From: Candidatus Terraquivivens tengchongensis
Lineage (GTDB): Archaea; Thermoproteota; Nitrososphaeria_A; Caldarchaeales; Wolframiiraptoraceae
NCBI GenBank assembly: GCA_023261845.1
Contig: JALNJZ010000008.1
Coordinates: 1 to 61,891, forward strand
Length of the DNA stretch: 61,891 bases
Direction: 5' to 3'
The position numbers and the translations under genes are program-made. Positions 50,471 through 60,839 of this stretch are shown piece after piece. The notes under the pieces were generated by a model. It was not told the DNA's origin. It worked only from the letters and a program-made list of their open reading frames with translations, and searched no databases. The stretch's first letter is position 1, and every line of letters begins with the position of its first letter.

Positions 50471-50683
50471 ATGCGAAAAAGGTCATTGTCCCTATATCTG
50501 TTCATGATACTCATCGGCGCCATAGGTCTCCCGATCTTACTCGTACTCTTACAAAACATTCAGTGGTATGAGATTCTCATACTTTCCGTGCTATATTCTT
50601 CGCTTATCGTAGTTGGTGGTATAGGTATAATCCTCACCCTACGAAAGGAACGGTATGAGAGGCAGAGTTCAAAGGGTTTTTAG
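50471..50683 (+). CDS. Small two-TM membrane protein
   Basis: Two hydrophobic helices; TATA-like TTTATA about 25 nt upstream. Confidence 0.55.
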   Translation: MRKRSLSLYLFMILIGAIGLPILLVLLQNIQWYEILILSVLYSSLIVVGGIGIILTLRKERYERQSSKGF

Positions 50684-50759
50684 ATTTCTTTTATGTAAAA
50701 AACGGCATGGTATAACTTTTTAAGCATAAACTTCAGAATGAGTATAGGGCTGATGTAAC

Positions 50760-51398
50760 GTGCCAGTAGAGTTTGGGGGCGTTAAGATAAGCTGGCTCGG
50801 TCATGATGCATTCAGGTTGAAGGATAACAAAACAATCTACATAGACCCTTACAAGATAAAGGGGAAGGAGATGGCAGATATAATCCTAATAACGCATGAA
50901 CATTTCGACCATCTCAGTGTTGAGGATATCAACAAGGTATCCTCTGAAAAATGCGTGATAGTAGCTGCAAGATCTTGTGCAAACCAGTTGGGAAGGGTGA
51001 AGGCCAAGGAGATAAAGTATGTGAAACCCGGCGATGAACTTGAAATTGATGGTGTGAAGATAAAGGCCGTGTATGCTTATAACGTTGCAAAACCATTCCA
51101 TCCAAAAGATGCTGGCGGTGTCGGTTACATAGTGAGTATGAAGGGTGTAAGCATATACCATACGGGCGACTCGGATTTCATCCCAGAGATGAAGGGATTA
51201 AAAGTGGATGTTTTTTTGGTTCCGGTCAGCGGAACTTATGTGATGACGGCAGAGGAGGCTGCTTCTGCCGCGAATACTATAATGCCGAAACTTGCCATAC
51301 CCATGCATTACGGCGCGATAGTCGGCTCGGAAAAGGACGCTGAACGGTTCAAAAAGCTGGCTAAGTGCGAAGTAAAAATACTAAATAAAGAAGACTGA
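50760..51398 (+). CDS. Metallo-beta-lactamase-fold hydrolase
   Basis: WLGH, IDPY, THEHFDH, YHTGD, IPMHYG. Confidence 0.9.
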   Translation: MPVEFGGVKISWLGHDAFRLKDNKTIYIDPYKIKGKEMADIILITHEHFDHLSVEDINKVSSEKCVIVAARSCANQLGRVKAKEIKYVKPGDELEIDGVKIKAVYAYNVAKPFHPKDAGGVGYIVSMKGVSIYHTGDSDFIPEMKGLKVDVFLVPVSGTYVMTAEEAASAANTIMPKLAIPMHYGAIVGSEKDAERFKKLAKCEVKILNKED

Positions 51399-51519
51399 GG
51401 CCGATGCTTTTGGCACCATACAGTATACCGGCCCGTAAACAGGAACTTTTAATTAGGAGATATGTTTAATTAATGCCAAAAATATTTCAAATTTTCAGAA
51501 GTAAGGGGATAGACATAAG

Positions 51520-52269
51520 ATGGCAGCATTAGGTATAGCAGGGGCTTATGATAGGGCAATTACCGTCTTCTCACCTCAGGGGAGGTTATACCAGGTAGAG
51601 TATGCCCTTGAGACTGTAAGGTCTGGTTCTACGGTTGTTGCCATAGCCTCAAAGGAAGGTGTTGTCTTAGCAGTTGAAGAAAGGATGCACACAAAACTCC
51701 AAAATCCAGAATATTCATGGAAGCTCTTCCAGATTGACGAGCATATAGGAGCCGCAGCCGCAGGCCTAAACTCTGATGCAAGGGTCCTGGTGGATAATGC
51801 AAGGATATACGCCCAGATAATAAGACTATCGTACGACGATGCGGCGACTGTAGAGGCTATCGGAAAGAGGATCGGAGATATTATGCAGATGTACACACAA
51901 CATGCAGGTGTGAGACCATTTGGTGCTGCCCTGTTAATCGGTGGTGTTGACAAAACCGGCCCGCACGTATTCTACACGGAGCCGAGCGGTCTGGTTTTGG
52001 AGTACTTCTCATGGTCCATAGGAAGGGGTGCTGACAAAGTGAAGGAGTTCTTGGAGGCGAACTACAAAAATGACATAAGCTTAGAGGAGGCCATAAGGTT
52101 AGCTGTTGCATCCTTGATAATTCAAGCCGAAAAGATGGATGAAGGGTGGACTATCAGGCTCGTTACGATACCCACCTCCACAAGGAAGTACACACCCATG
52201 CCACTGTCGGAGCTTGAGAAATACATCAAAGAGGCGATGGAAAAGCATAAACCTCACGGTTTGAAATAG
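51520..52269 (+). CDS. psmA: Proteasome alpha subunit
   Basis: YDRAITVFSPQGRLYQVEYA, RPFG. Confidence 0.97.
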   Translation: MAALGIAGAYDRAITVFSPQGRLYQVEYALETVRSGSTVVAIASKEGVVLAVEERMHTKLQNPEYSWKLFQIDEHIGAAAAGLNSDARVLVDNARIYAQIIRLSYDDAATVEAIGKRIGDIMQMYTQHAGVRPFGAALLIGGVDKTGPHVFYTEPSGLVLEYFSWSIGRGADKVKEFLEANYKNDISLEEAIRLAVASLIIQAEKMDEGWTIRLVTIPTSTRKYTPMPLSELEKYIKEAMEKHKPHGLK

Positions 52270-52282
52270 CCGGGTTTTTAGA

Positions 52283-52978
52283 ATGACAAAACAAAAGGAA
52301 TCCTACACGATTGCAAGGTTAGTACGCGGTGAAACGTTCGAGATACTCGTAGACCCGGATAATGCGCTCAAATATAAGATGGGCGAAAAAGTGCCTATTT
52401 CGAAGATCCTCATATACGAGGAGATCTACACCGATGCGAAGAAGGGCATAAGGGCATCCGAAGAGCAGTTGTTGAAGGCTTTTAAGACGAAGGACAAGCT
52501 GGCCATAGCCGCCAAGATACTCGCAGAGGGGACTCTGCAGATAACGTCCGAGCAGAGGCATAGGTTAATAGAGGAAAAGAAGAGACAAATAATAGAGTTC
52601 ATATCGAAAAACGCAGTTGACCCGAGGACAAGACTACCCCATCCGCCGCAAAGAATCGAGTTGGCTATGGAACAAGCAGGTGTATCAGTAGACCCGTTCA
52701 TCGATGCAAAAGAGCAAGCAACGAAGGTTATAGAGAAGCTAAGCCCAATACTCCCAATGAAGGTAGGTATGACAAGGATGTACGTCAGGGTGCCCGGCGA
52801 GTTTGTAGGCAAAGCGTACGGCCTTTTGAAAAACGTCGGGAAGATCCTAAAGGAAGAGTATAAAGGCGACGGTAGCTGGGTTGGTGAGGTTGAAATACTG
52901 GTTGGTCTTCAAGCTGACCTAATAGAGAAACTCAACAAGCTCTGCTCGGGAAGGGCAGAGGCAAGACCCATGGAATAG
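52283..52978 (+). CDS. Ribosome maturation protein SBDS/Sdo1
   Basis: FEILVDPD, DPRTRLPHPPQRIE. Confidence 0.95.
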   Translation: MTKQKESYTIARLVRGETFEILVDPDNALKYKMGEKVPISKILIYEEIYTDAKKGIRASEEQLLKAFKTKDKLAIAAKILAEGTLQITSEQRHRLIEEKKRQIIEFISKNAVDPRTRLPHPPQRIELAMEQAGVSVDPFIDAKEQATKVIEKLSPILPMKVGMTRMYVRVPGEFVGKAYGLLKNVGKILKEEYKGDGSWVGEVEILVGLQADLIEKLNKLCSGRAEARPME

Positions 52979-52987
52979 GTGGTGTAT

Positions 52988-53677
52988 ATGCCCATTTACT
53001 TTAACGATAGGGAAATTGTACTACCAGGACAGCTTCTGTCCGATGATGACAGAAGAGCCGGTAAAGGGACATATGTTATGGATGGAAAAGTTTACGCGTC
53101 CACGGTCGGCGCAGCAACGATAAGAGACGGAAAGGTAGAGGTCATAACGTTTAGTGGACCGTATAGGCCTACGGCTGGTGACATGGTCATCGGCGTGGTA
53201 TCCGACATAAAACCGATAGGTGTAGAAGTTGACCTTGGTGGCCATGTAACGGCGCTACTTAAAGTTAAGAACATAAAGGAACTTACATCGCTCGACCTAA
53301 AAGCCGGAGATGTGGTTTATGCAAGGGTAGCCAGCAGCGGGCTTAAGGGGGTTCTTCTGGAGCTGAACGAGCAATTTAAAAAGATAAACGAAGGAGTACT
53401 CCTGAGGATGACTCCGACGAAGATACCAAGGCTGATAGGAAAAAAGGGTTCCATGATAAATATGCTCAAGAAGATTACCGGGTGTAACATAATGGTTGGT
53501 ACAAATGGTTTTGTGATTGTGAATGGGCCTTCACCCGCAAAGGAGTTCGCCGCAATATCCGCCATAAGGCTAATAGAAAGGGAGGCCCATTCTCAAGGAT
53601 TGACCGATAAGGTCATAGCATACGTAAGCAAATTGGTTGGTAGTGAGGTTATGTATGACACAAGTGATAAAGCCTAA
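52988..53677 (+). CDS. rrp4: Exosome RNA-binding subunit Rrp4
   Basis: [16 protein letters not shown] (S1), RLIGKKGSM (KH). Confidence 0.93.
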   Translation: MPIYFNDREIVLPGQLLSDDDRRAGKGTYVMDGKVYASTVGAATIRDGKVEVITFSGPYRPTAGDMVIGVVSDIKPIGVEVDLGGHVTALLKVKNIKELTSLDLKAGDVVYARVASSGLKGVLLELNEQFKKINEGVLLRMTPTKIPRLIGKKGSMINMLKKITGCNIMVGTNGFVIVNGPSPAKEFAAISAIRLIEREAHSQGLTDKVIAYVSKLVGSEVMYDTSDKA

Positions 53678-54389
53678 GCTCATCGATGAGAATGGTAGAA
53701 GGTTGGACGGAAGGGGTCCGACGGATTTAAGACCCATGAAGATCGAGGTTAGTGTTTTAGAGAAGAGTGACGGTTCCGCGTACGTGGAGTTAGGCAAGAC
53801 GAAAGTGTATGCGGCAGTTTATGGGCCGAAAGAGGCCCATCCGAAGCACCTCGCAATACCAGATAGGGCGATACTCAACTGTAGATACCATATGACGTCC
53901 TTTAGTACGGATGAAAGAAAAATTCTTGGCATGACGAGAAGAGAGATAGAACTCTCCAAGGTCATAAGAGAGGCGCTCGAGTCTGTTGTGTTCCTTGAAG
54001 AATTTCCTAGGTCGGCCATAGACGTGTTCATAGAGGTTGTACAAGCTGACGGTGGCACAAGAACCGCAGGGCTTACGGCTGCCTCGCTCGCCTTGGCAGA
54101 TGCAGGCATACCGATGAGGGGGCTGATAGCCGCGGTAGCTGTCGGTAAGGTGGACGGGACGATAATCCTAGACCCATCGGATATAGAGGATAAGTATGGT
54201 GAGGCTGATATGCCAATTGGCATAGCACCCGGCTCAAACACCATCGTACTGCTCCAACTGAACGGGAAGATGACGAAGGATGAGTTTAAGCAGGGACTTG
54301 AGCTAGCCCAAATGGGCATCCAGAAGATTTACCAAGCCCAGCGTGAGGCTCTTAGAAGGAAGTATGGAGCCAGTGTGACGGAGGTTTAG
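53655..54389 (+). CDS. rrp41: Exosome nuclease Rrp41
   Basis: RLDGR, DGSAY, DGGTR; ATG 53655 after GAGGT. Confidence 0.95.
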   Translation: MTQVIKPKLIDENGRRLDGRGPTDLRPMKIEVSVLEKSDGSAYVELGKTKVYAAVYGPKEAHPKHLAIPDRAILNCRYHMTSFSTDERKILGMTRREIELSKVIREALESVVFLEEFPRSAIDVFIEVVQADGGTRTAGLTAASLALADAGIPMRGLIAAVAVGKVDGTIILDPSDIEDKYGEADMPIGIAPGSNTIVLLQLNGKMTKDEFKQGLELAQMGIQKIYQAQREALRRKYGASVTEV

Positions 54390-54392
54390 AGC

Positions 54393-55235
54393 ATGTCGTT
54401 CCTTCCACTCAAGGAGAGATCATTTACCGTAAAGATAATGAGCGAAAAGATATACAAGCTGCTCCAGCAGGGAAAGAGGATAGACGAGAGGACGCCATAC
54501 GAATTCAGGAAGATAACGATGCAGACGAACGTCGTGGAGAAGGCAAACGGCTCAGCCCTAGTTTCTGTAGGAAGTACAAGGATACTTACGGGGATAAAGG
54601 TCGAGCTTGGTACGCCCTACAGCGATAGACCAAACGAGGGCGTATTCTCCGTTAATGCCGAGCTACTACCGCTCGCGTCTAAAAGCTTCGAACCAGGCCC
54701 GCCCGATGAGAGAGGCATAGAGCTGGCGAGAGTTGTTGACAGGTGCATACGCGAAGGAAAGGCGATAGACCTCGAGAAGCTTTGCATCATTCCAGGGAAG
54801 CTGGTCTATATCCTCTACATAGACATATACGTGCTGGACTACGACGGAAACTACTTTGATCCGTCCGTCATATCCGCGATGGCCGCTTTGGCGACTTGTA
54901 CCATACCAAAGTATTCGGCCACCGGTGAAAGGGTTGAAGGTGAATACATGAGGGTGCCCATTAGGGATGTTCCTCTTTCCTCAACGATAGGCATAATCAA
55001 GGACAAGCTACTAGTAGATCCCTGCTTAGTCGAGGAGAACTCATTAGATACTTCAATCGTGGTATGCATGGATAGTGCATCTAACGTCGTTGCGATACAG
55101 AAGAATTCTCCGGGACATATACCGCTTTCGTTGATGGAAAGTATAATAAATGTCGCAGAAGAGCAGATAAGCAGGATTAGGACGCAATTCAAGGAGGTTA
55201 TAGGGATTGAGAAAGAAGGTCGGGAACACTGTTAA
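54393..55235 (+). CDS. rrp42: Exosome subunit Rrp42
   Basis: KANGSA, FEPGPPDE, LARVVDR, DGN. Confidence 0.95.
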   Translation: MSFLPLKERSFTVKIMSEKIYKLLQQGKRIDERTPYEFRKITMQTNVVEKANGSALVSVGSTRILTGIKVELGTPYSDRPNEGVFSVNAELLPLASKSFEPGPPDERGIELARVVDRCIREGKAIDLEKLCIIPGKLVYILYIDIYVLDYDGNYFDPSVISAMAALATCTIPKYSATGERVEGEYMRVPIRDVPLSSTIGIIKDKLLVDPCLVEENSLDTSIVVCMDSASNVVAIQKNSPGHIPLSLMESIINVAEEQISRIRTQFKEVIGIEKEGREHC

Positions 55236-55431
55236 GCGGTTTGGCGCAAGATATGGTGCGACTTTGAGGAAGAGGTTGTTAGAAATAGAGCAGCAACAAA
55301 AGGCAACCTATGAGTGCCCAAAGTGTGGCGTTGTGGCCGTCAAGCGGAAGTTCATTGGCGTGTGGAGCTGCGGTAAGTGTGGTTACACTTTTGCTGGCGG
55401 TGCATACACACCTTACGTTTCGAAGAAGTAA
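55207..55431 (+). CDS. rpl37ae: 50S ribosomal protein L37Ae
   Basis: RFGARYG, CPKC..CGKC, AGGAY. Confidence 0.95.
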   Translation: MRKKVGNTVKRFGARYGATLRKRLLEIEQQQKATYECPKCGVVAVKRKFIGVWSCGKCGYTFAGGAYTPYVSKK

Positions 55432-55437
55432 TGGAAC

Positions 55438-55695
55438 ATGGAAAGACATGTGAAGGTCAGCATATCCATACCGATGGAAGGAAAGGCATCGGAGATTGTC
55501 ACCAGGGCGCTAAAAGTTGAGGCCGATAGCCTCCCATCGAAGAGGGTAACAGTGAGTGTAGAGGCTTCCGGTTGTGTACTTAAGCTGGAAGTAAATGCAA
55601 ACGACCTAACGGCCATGAGGGCCAGTATCAATTCCTTTTTACGCTGGATAGATTCTGCCCTGCAAGTCCATAAGCTGGTGTCAGGTAAAGATTAA
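55438..55695 (+). CDS. pcc1: KEOPS complex subunit Pcc1
   Basis: DLTAMRASINSFLRW; operon position. Confidence 0.88.
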   Translation: MERHVKVSISIPMEGKASEIVTRALKVEADSLPSKRVTVSVEASGCVLKLEVNANDLTAMRASINSFLRWIDSALQVHKLVSGKD

Positions 55696-55757
55696 CAGAA
55701 CACGTTTATAGGGAGGTTTTAAAAGAAAACTTCAGGGTTATTGGAAGTTATTATGGG

Positions 55758-56126
55758 GTGGTTGAGTTGTCGAGAGAGATACCACTAAACGTTCAGCAGC
55801 AATTGCTTAGGCTACAACAGCTCCAGCAGACATTGAGCGCCCTCTTGGCGGAGAAGCAGAGACTCGAAGCGGAGCTGGCGGAGATAAACAACGCGCTCGA
55901 AGAACTTGAGAAGGTTGATGAGAGCGCCGTCGTATATAAGGCTGTAGGTCCGATACTCGTTAAGGCGAACAAAGACAAGCTCACGGTTGAGCTAAAGGAC
56001 AAGAAGGAGCTGACGGAGACTAGGCTTAAAATCCTGGAGAAGCAAGACGCTAAGATGAGGACGCAGATAGAGTCTGTCCAGAAAGACATCCAGAGAATTA
56101 TGTCTGGTCAGCAGGCTTCGTCATGA
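55758..56126 (+). CDS. pfdB: Prefoldin beta subunit
   Basis: Coiled coils flanking VYKAVGPILV. Confidence 0.93.
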   Translation: MVELSREIPLNVQQQLLRLQQLQQTLSALLAEKQRLEAELAEINNALEELEKVDESAVVYKAVGPILVKANKDKLTVELKDKKELTETRLKILEKQDAKMRTQIESVQKDIQRIMSGQQASS

Positions 56127-57136
56127 AAGACAGAATGCTCGCCGAGAACGTTAGCAACTTACTTAAGTCCATGAGTGGTAAGACCGCAGCCATAATAACG
56201 CATGTTGGTGGCGACGCTGACGCTGTTGGCGCTGCATACGTTCTTAAGAGGGTTCTTGAAGAAGTCGTAGGTTGCGCCGCGGTGCACGTACACATACCGG
56301 ACGAAATGTCAGCACAGGTAAAGGCCATGGTAAACTATCTAAAGCTCGATGTTAAGAGCGCCGCTATAGGCGATGTTGATGCTGTAATATTGGTAGATGT
56401 TGGCTCGCTCGAGCAGGCAGGCGAGTATCTTGAAGAAATTATGAGGGCGCATGGTAAGGTATACATCATAGACCATCACACACCTCCACAGGGTGGGTAT
56501 CCAGAGGGGTTTTTCGTATTCTTTTCCGAGAACTATCGTGCACTCTGCGAGCTTTTAATGGACGTCGTGCAGCTTATGGATATAAAGCTGGATGCGTTGG
56601 AGGCGGAGGCCCTATTCCTCGGGATATACTACGATACCGCAAGATTGTCACTCGCCGATTCGGAGACCATGGTCAAAGTTTGCGAACTCATAAGGCTGGG
56701 TGTCAACCCTTCCAAGAACATACATTTGGTAGAGGTCCCAATCGATATTTCTGAGAGGATAGCGCGCCTGAAGGGAGCGATGAGGATGAACCTATATAGG
56801 TCTGGCGAGTGGTTGATCGCAACTTCCCAAGTAAACTCGTTTCAGACGTCCGTCGCTAGAGCCATCCTATCGCTTGGTTGTCATGTGTCAATAGTGGCTG
56901 GCGAGTACAAGGACGGGGTTGCGGTATCGATAAGGTCTCAGCAAGATTTCTTTGCCAAAACCAATATAAACCTAGGAAAGGACGTGGCGCAGGTTGTTGG
57001 CGCAAGGCTTGGGGGGTACGGTGGAGGTCACCCCACGGCTGCAAGGGCGTATTGTAGATCAGCGCCAGATGATGCCATTAAGTTGTGCTTGAGCTTATTA
57101 GAAGGTTTGCTTGGTGAGAAGTTGAGTCGAGTGTAA
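56123..57136 (+). CDS. DHH/DHHA1 phosphoesterase
   Basis: H..D.D, VD, IDHH, GGGH. Confidence 0.9.
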   Translation: MKDRMLAENVSNLLKSMSGKTAAIITHVGGDADAVGAAYVLKRVLEEVVGCAAVHVHIPDEMSAQVKAMVNYLKLDVKSAAIGDVDAVILVDVGSLEQAGEYLEEIMRAHGKVYIIDHHTPPQGGYPEGFFVFFSENYRALCELLMDVVQLMDIKLDALEAEALFLGIYYDTARLSLADSETMVKVCELIRLGVNPSKNIHLVEVPIDISERIARLKGAMRMNLYRSGEWLIATSQVNSFQTSVARAILSLGCHVSIVAGEYKDGVAVSIRSQQDFFAKTNINLGKDVAQVVGARLGGYGGGHPTAARAYCRSAPDDAIKLCLSLLEGLLGEKLSRV

Positions 57137-57142
57137 CCAAAG

Positions 57143-57997
57143 ATGGAAATAGTAAAGATCGAGGGGCTGACATTTACATACAGCGGCTCCGATACGCCTG
57201 CTATCAGCGACATAAACCTGAGCATCGAGGAAGGAGAGTTTGTCCTTCTCCTCGGACCTAGCGGTTGCGGAAAATCGACACTTTGCAGATGCCTGAACGG
57301 CCTCATACCGCATTTCTATGCTGGCAAGATGGAGGGGAGGGTAATAGTCGCTGGTATGGATGTTTCCAAAACGCCAACTTACGTGCTCTCCCAACACGTG
57401 GGCATGGTATTCCAGAACCCGGAGAACCAATTATTCTCGTTGACCGTTGAGAACGACGTGGCATTCGCGCTCGAGAATTTGGGCATACCAAGGGATGAGA
57501 TCAGGCGCAGGGTGGATTTTGCTCTCAAGGCAGTTGGGATAGAGGATTTGAGGAAGAGGTCACCTTTCGAGTTGTCGGGGGGTCAGCAACAAAAAGTTGC
57601 CATCGCCTCAGTCCTCGCGCTAATGCCTAAGCTTATGGTGCTTGACGAGCCGACGTCATCCTTAGACCCCGCATCCGCAAAGTCAATAATCGAGACAATT
57701 CTGAAGATAAGGAAGGAGCTCGGGACCAGCATCATAGTGGCTGAGCATAGGGTTGAGTTGTTAGCCGATAAGGTTGACAGAGTGATCGTTATGCAGAAGG
57801 GAAGGATAATCAAGGACGGGAGGCCGAGGGAAATTTTCGTCTCAGAAGAAATGGTGCCCTATGGCATACCTGTTCCAAAGGTTGTAAGCATGGCTAAAGG
57901 TGTGAACAAATACTTTCAAGTGTTTAACGAGATACCGCTTAGTTCTGAAGAGTTCGAGCAAGACATAAGGAGGTTTGTCCATGATAAGGTTCGATAA
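57143..57997 (+). CDS. ecfA1: ECF transporter ATPase A
   Basis: GPSGCGKS, FQNPENQ, LSGGQQQK. Confidence 0.9.
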   Translation: MEIVKIEGLTFTYSGSDTPAISDINLSIEEGEFVLLLGPSGCGKSTLCRCLNGLIPHFYAGKMEGRVIVAGMDVSKTPTYVLSQHVGMVFQNPENQLFSLTVENDVAFALENLGIPRDEIRRRVDFALKAVGIEDLRKRSPFELSGGQQQKVAIASVLALMPKLMVLDEPTSSLDPASAKSIIETILKIRKELGTSIIVAEHRVELLADKVDRVIVMQKGRIIKDGRPREIFVSEEMVPYGIPVPKVVSMAKGVNKYFQVFNEIPLSSEEFEQDIRRFVHDKVR

Positions 57998-58817
57998 TGT
58001 AACTTACGTTTACCCGACTGGTGTAAAGGCGTTGAACGGCGTCAGCGTTGAGATCGGCAGGGGTGAGCTAGTGGCGCTAATGGGTGAGAACGGTGCGGGT
58101 AAGACCACGTTCATAAAACACCTGAATGGTCTCCTGAAACCCACTAACGGTAAAGTCTACGTGGACGGGAAGGATACTAGGACACTCAGTGTGGCACAAC
58201 TGTCGAGGGTTGTTGGTATAGTGTTCCAGAACGCCGACGACATGTTCTTTCTTCCGACGATTGAGGAGGAGGTTGCCTTCTCCTTGAGGAACTTAGGCTT
58301 CAGCGAAGAGGTTGTGCAGAAAAGGGTGGATTGGGCCCTTAAGTTCATGGAGCTGGAGGAATACCGGAAAAGGCCTCCTTTTCTGCTAAGCGGTGGTGAG
58401 AAGAAGAGGTTAGCGCTGGCCATAATACTAGCGTGGAATCCTCAGGTCATAGCGATGGACGAGCCTACCGTCGGCCAAGATAGTGCACAGAGGGAGAAAC
58501 TGAAGGAAATGATAAAGCAACTGAACCTACAGGGAAGGACTGTCATAATTTCAACACATGATGTAGAATTCGTCGCGGAGCTTAGATCGAGGGTTATTCT
58601 GATGTCGAAGGGAAGAATTGTCGCCGACGGCAGGGCTGAAACGATACTTACGGATGGTGAGCTGTTAAGCAGCTGCTCAATACTCATGCCGCAGGTGGCC
58701 GCAACGATGTCTAGGCTGGCAGACTTGGGCTTTAACGCTAAGGCCATCTCGGTTGATGAAGCTGTAAGGAATATAGTGGAGGTCCTGAGGAGGTTTGAGC
58801 ATACTAGAGGGGCTTAG
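57975..58817 (+). CDS. ecfA2: ECF transporter ATPase A'
   Basis: GENGAGKT, FQN, LSGGEKKR, DEPTVGQD. Confidence 0.9.
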   Translation: MSMIRFDNVTYVYPTGVKALNGVSVEIGRGELVALMGENGAGKTTFIKHLNGLLKPTNGKVYVDGKDTRTLSVAQLSRVVGIVFQNADDMFFLPTIEEEVAFSLRNLGFSEEVVQKRVDWALKFMELEEYRKRPPFLLSGGEKKRLALAIILAWNPQVIAMDEPTVGQDSAQREKLKEMIKQLNLQGRTVIISTHDVEFVAELRSRVILMSKGRIVADGRAETILTDGELLSSCSILMPQVAATMSRLADLGFNAKAISVDEAVRNIVEVLRRFEHTRGA

Positions 58818-59553
58818 GTTCTACGCTGGCGATACTGTGATACATAGGCTTGACCCAAGAGTGAAATTTCTCATCTCAATGTTAATGCTCATCATAGTCG
58901 TGATGTATGTAGAGGCGTGGATGCTGACGATTCTTATAGCGTTACAGGCGATAATGGCTTACGCCGCTAAGGTCGTGCGACGCTGGCTAAAGACGATAAG
59001 GGGCTCGTTGCCCCTAGCTGTCCTTGTCTTTGGATTAAACGCCATATTCTTCATTTCGAGCGGCACGTATGCGACCTTGCAAGAGGCGCTTTACCAATCG
59101 ACCGCGCTAGCATATAGGCTTGTGTTGTTCCTTTCTTCGTTCTCCATATTCTTCTTGACCACGACGCCGGAGGAGATAGGGCTGACGCTCACAAGCTGGC
59201 GCGTTCCATATCCTTACACGTTCGCATTCATATCGGCGATAAGGTTTACACCGATAATAGCTCAGGAGCTCAGAGACATCATGGACGCGCAGAGAGCACG
59301 CGGTGTAGAGCTAGATAAAGGCGGACCTTTGCAAAGGGCTAAGAAGCTAGTACCGATACTCGTGCCGCTACTCGCAAATGCTCTAAGAAGAGCATACGAG
59401 TTAGCAGAGGCTATGGAGGTGAAGTGCTTTGGTGCTACAAAAAAGAGGACGTCATTAAGGGAGCTCAAGATGAGATATAAGGACTACGTGGTTTTGTCGG
59501 TGTCTCTGGCTCTATTCAGCCTAGCAGTGTACTACAGGCTATTCCCGTTTTAA
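58795..59553 (+). CDS. ecfT: ECF transporter transmembrane component
   Basis: LDPRVK, RFTP, AQRARG, AMEVK. Confidence 0.92.
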   Translation: MSILEGLRFYAGDTVIHRLDPRVKFLISMLMLIIVVMYVEAWMLTILIALQAIMAYAAKVVRRWLKTIRGSLPLAVLVFGLNAIFFISSGTYATLQEALYQSTALAYRLVLFLSSFSIFFLTTTPEEIGLTLTSWRVPYPYTFAFISAIRFTPIIAQELRDIMDAQRARGVELDKGGPLQRAKKLVPILVPLLANALRRAYELAEAMEVKCFGATKKRTSLRELKMRYKDYVVLSVSLALFSLAVYYRLFPF

Positions 59554-59564
59554 GTCCAAGTCGA

Positions 59565-60545
59565 TTATATTTGGGCTAGTTTCCTGACAGCCTCGCCTAC
59601 CTTCTCCATCGGATGGTTCTTTATTTCCTCCATCTTCTTTTCGAGTATCAGCTTACTCCTCGGATCCTCGCTCCAAAGCCTTGCGAAGGAGCCATCTTGA
59701 ATCCTTCTAAGGGCCTCCCTCATGTTCTCCTTCACGTGTTCATCGATTATCTGGGGACCTACGACTAAGCCGCCGAACTTTGCGGTATCAGAGACTGCGC
59801 TCAGCATACCAGTCAGACCTCCTCTGTATATCAAGTCAACTATCAGCTTCATCTCGTTGCACGCCTCAAAGTAAGCAAGCTCAGGCTGGTATCCCGCCTC
59901 GACGAGTACCTCGTATCCCTTCTTTATTAGCTCCATGATTCCGCCGACTAGGACTGCTTGCTCTCCCAGCAGGTCTGTCTCCGTCTCCTCCTTGAACGTC
60001 GTCTCGAGGACACCGGCCCTGGCGCAACCTAGCGCCTTAGCCATAGCCAAAGCTATCATCCTAGCTTTTCCAGAATAGTCTTGTCCAACGGCGAAAAGTG
60101 CCGGCACACCTTTCCCTTCAAGGTAGAGCTCGCGCATCCTTGGACCCGGAGCTTTGGGAGCGACGAGGACGACGTCCACATAGCTCGGCGGCACTATCTG
60201 TCTAAAGTGTATATTATAACCATGGGAGAAGCCCAAGACCTTTCCGGGCTTCATGTTCGGTTCTATGAATTTTTTGTAAATCTCAGGCTGCACCACGTCT
60301 GGTATTAGCATATGGACTATATCTCCTTCCTTCGCCGCCTTCTCTATAGGAAGAGGTTCAAGGCCATCTTCTTTTACCATCTTCCAGGATTTTCCTCCTT
60401 CCCTGACACCGACGACGACGTCTATGCCGGAATCCTTCATATTGAGTGCCTGGGCCCTTCCTTGGCTTCCGTAACCTATGACGGCTACCTTCTTACCCAG
60501 CAACGGCTCGAGGCTTATATCATTATCGTAGTATATTTTTACCAT
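59565..60545 (-). CDS. ilvC: Ketol-acid reductoisomerase
   Basis: [26 protein letters not shown]. Confidence 0.97.
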   Translation of the reverse strand: MVKIYYDNDISLEPLLGKKVAVIGYGSQGRAQALNMKDSGIDVVVGVREGGKSWKMVKEDGLEPLPIEKAAKEGDIVHMLIPDVVQPEIYKKFIEPNMKPGKVLGFSHGYNIHFRQIVPPSYVDVVLVAPKAPGPRMRELYLEGKGVPALFAVGQDYSGKARMIALAMAKALGCARAGVLETTFKEETETDLLGEQAVLVGGIMELIKKGYEVLVEAGYQPELAYFEACNEMKLIVDLIYRGGLTGMLSAVSDTAKFGGLVVGPQIIDEHVKENMREALRRIQDGSFARLWSEDPRSKLILEKKMEEIKNHPMEKVGEAVRKLAQI

Positions 60546-60560
60546 TTAATTCTCAACCTC

Positions 60561-60839
60561 CTACACGCCCGTACTTTTCCTTAAAGTCGTACCCAACATC
60601 ATGCAATTTACTTCCAGCACCACGGGTAGGTTAAATAGCTTTCTCTTGAGCCACTCTGCCTTCTCGGGTTTTACTAATACGGTCATCGTTAAGAGTTTGA
60701 CGTTCTCTATGCCAGACTCGCTTACTTCCGCGCTGATGAGCTTCGCCTGGGCTTGTCTCGTAGTCAAAAATACTTTAACGACCGCCTCTAGAGAGTCCTC
60801 TATCAACGCAGTGAATACGTGTCTAGCCATGGATATCAA
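60561..60839 (-). CDS. ACT-domain protein, probable acetolactate synthase small subunit
   Basis: ACT-like size and pattern; lies between ilvB and ilvC. Confidence 0.7.
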   Translation of the reverse strand: MISMARHVFTALIEDSLEAVVKVFLTTRQAQAKLISAEVSESGIENVKLLTMTVLVKPEKAEWLKRKLFNLPVVLEVNCMMLGTTLRKSTGV

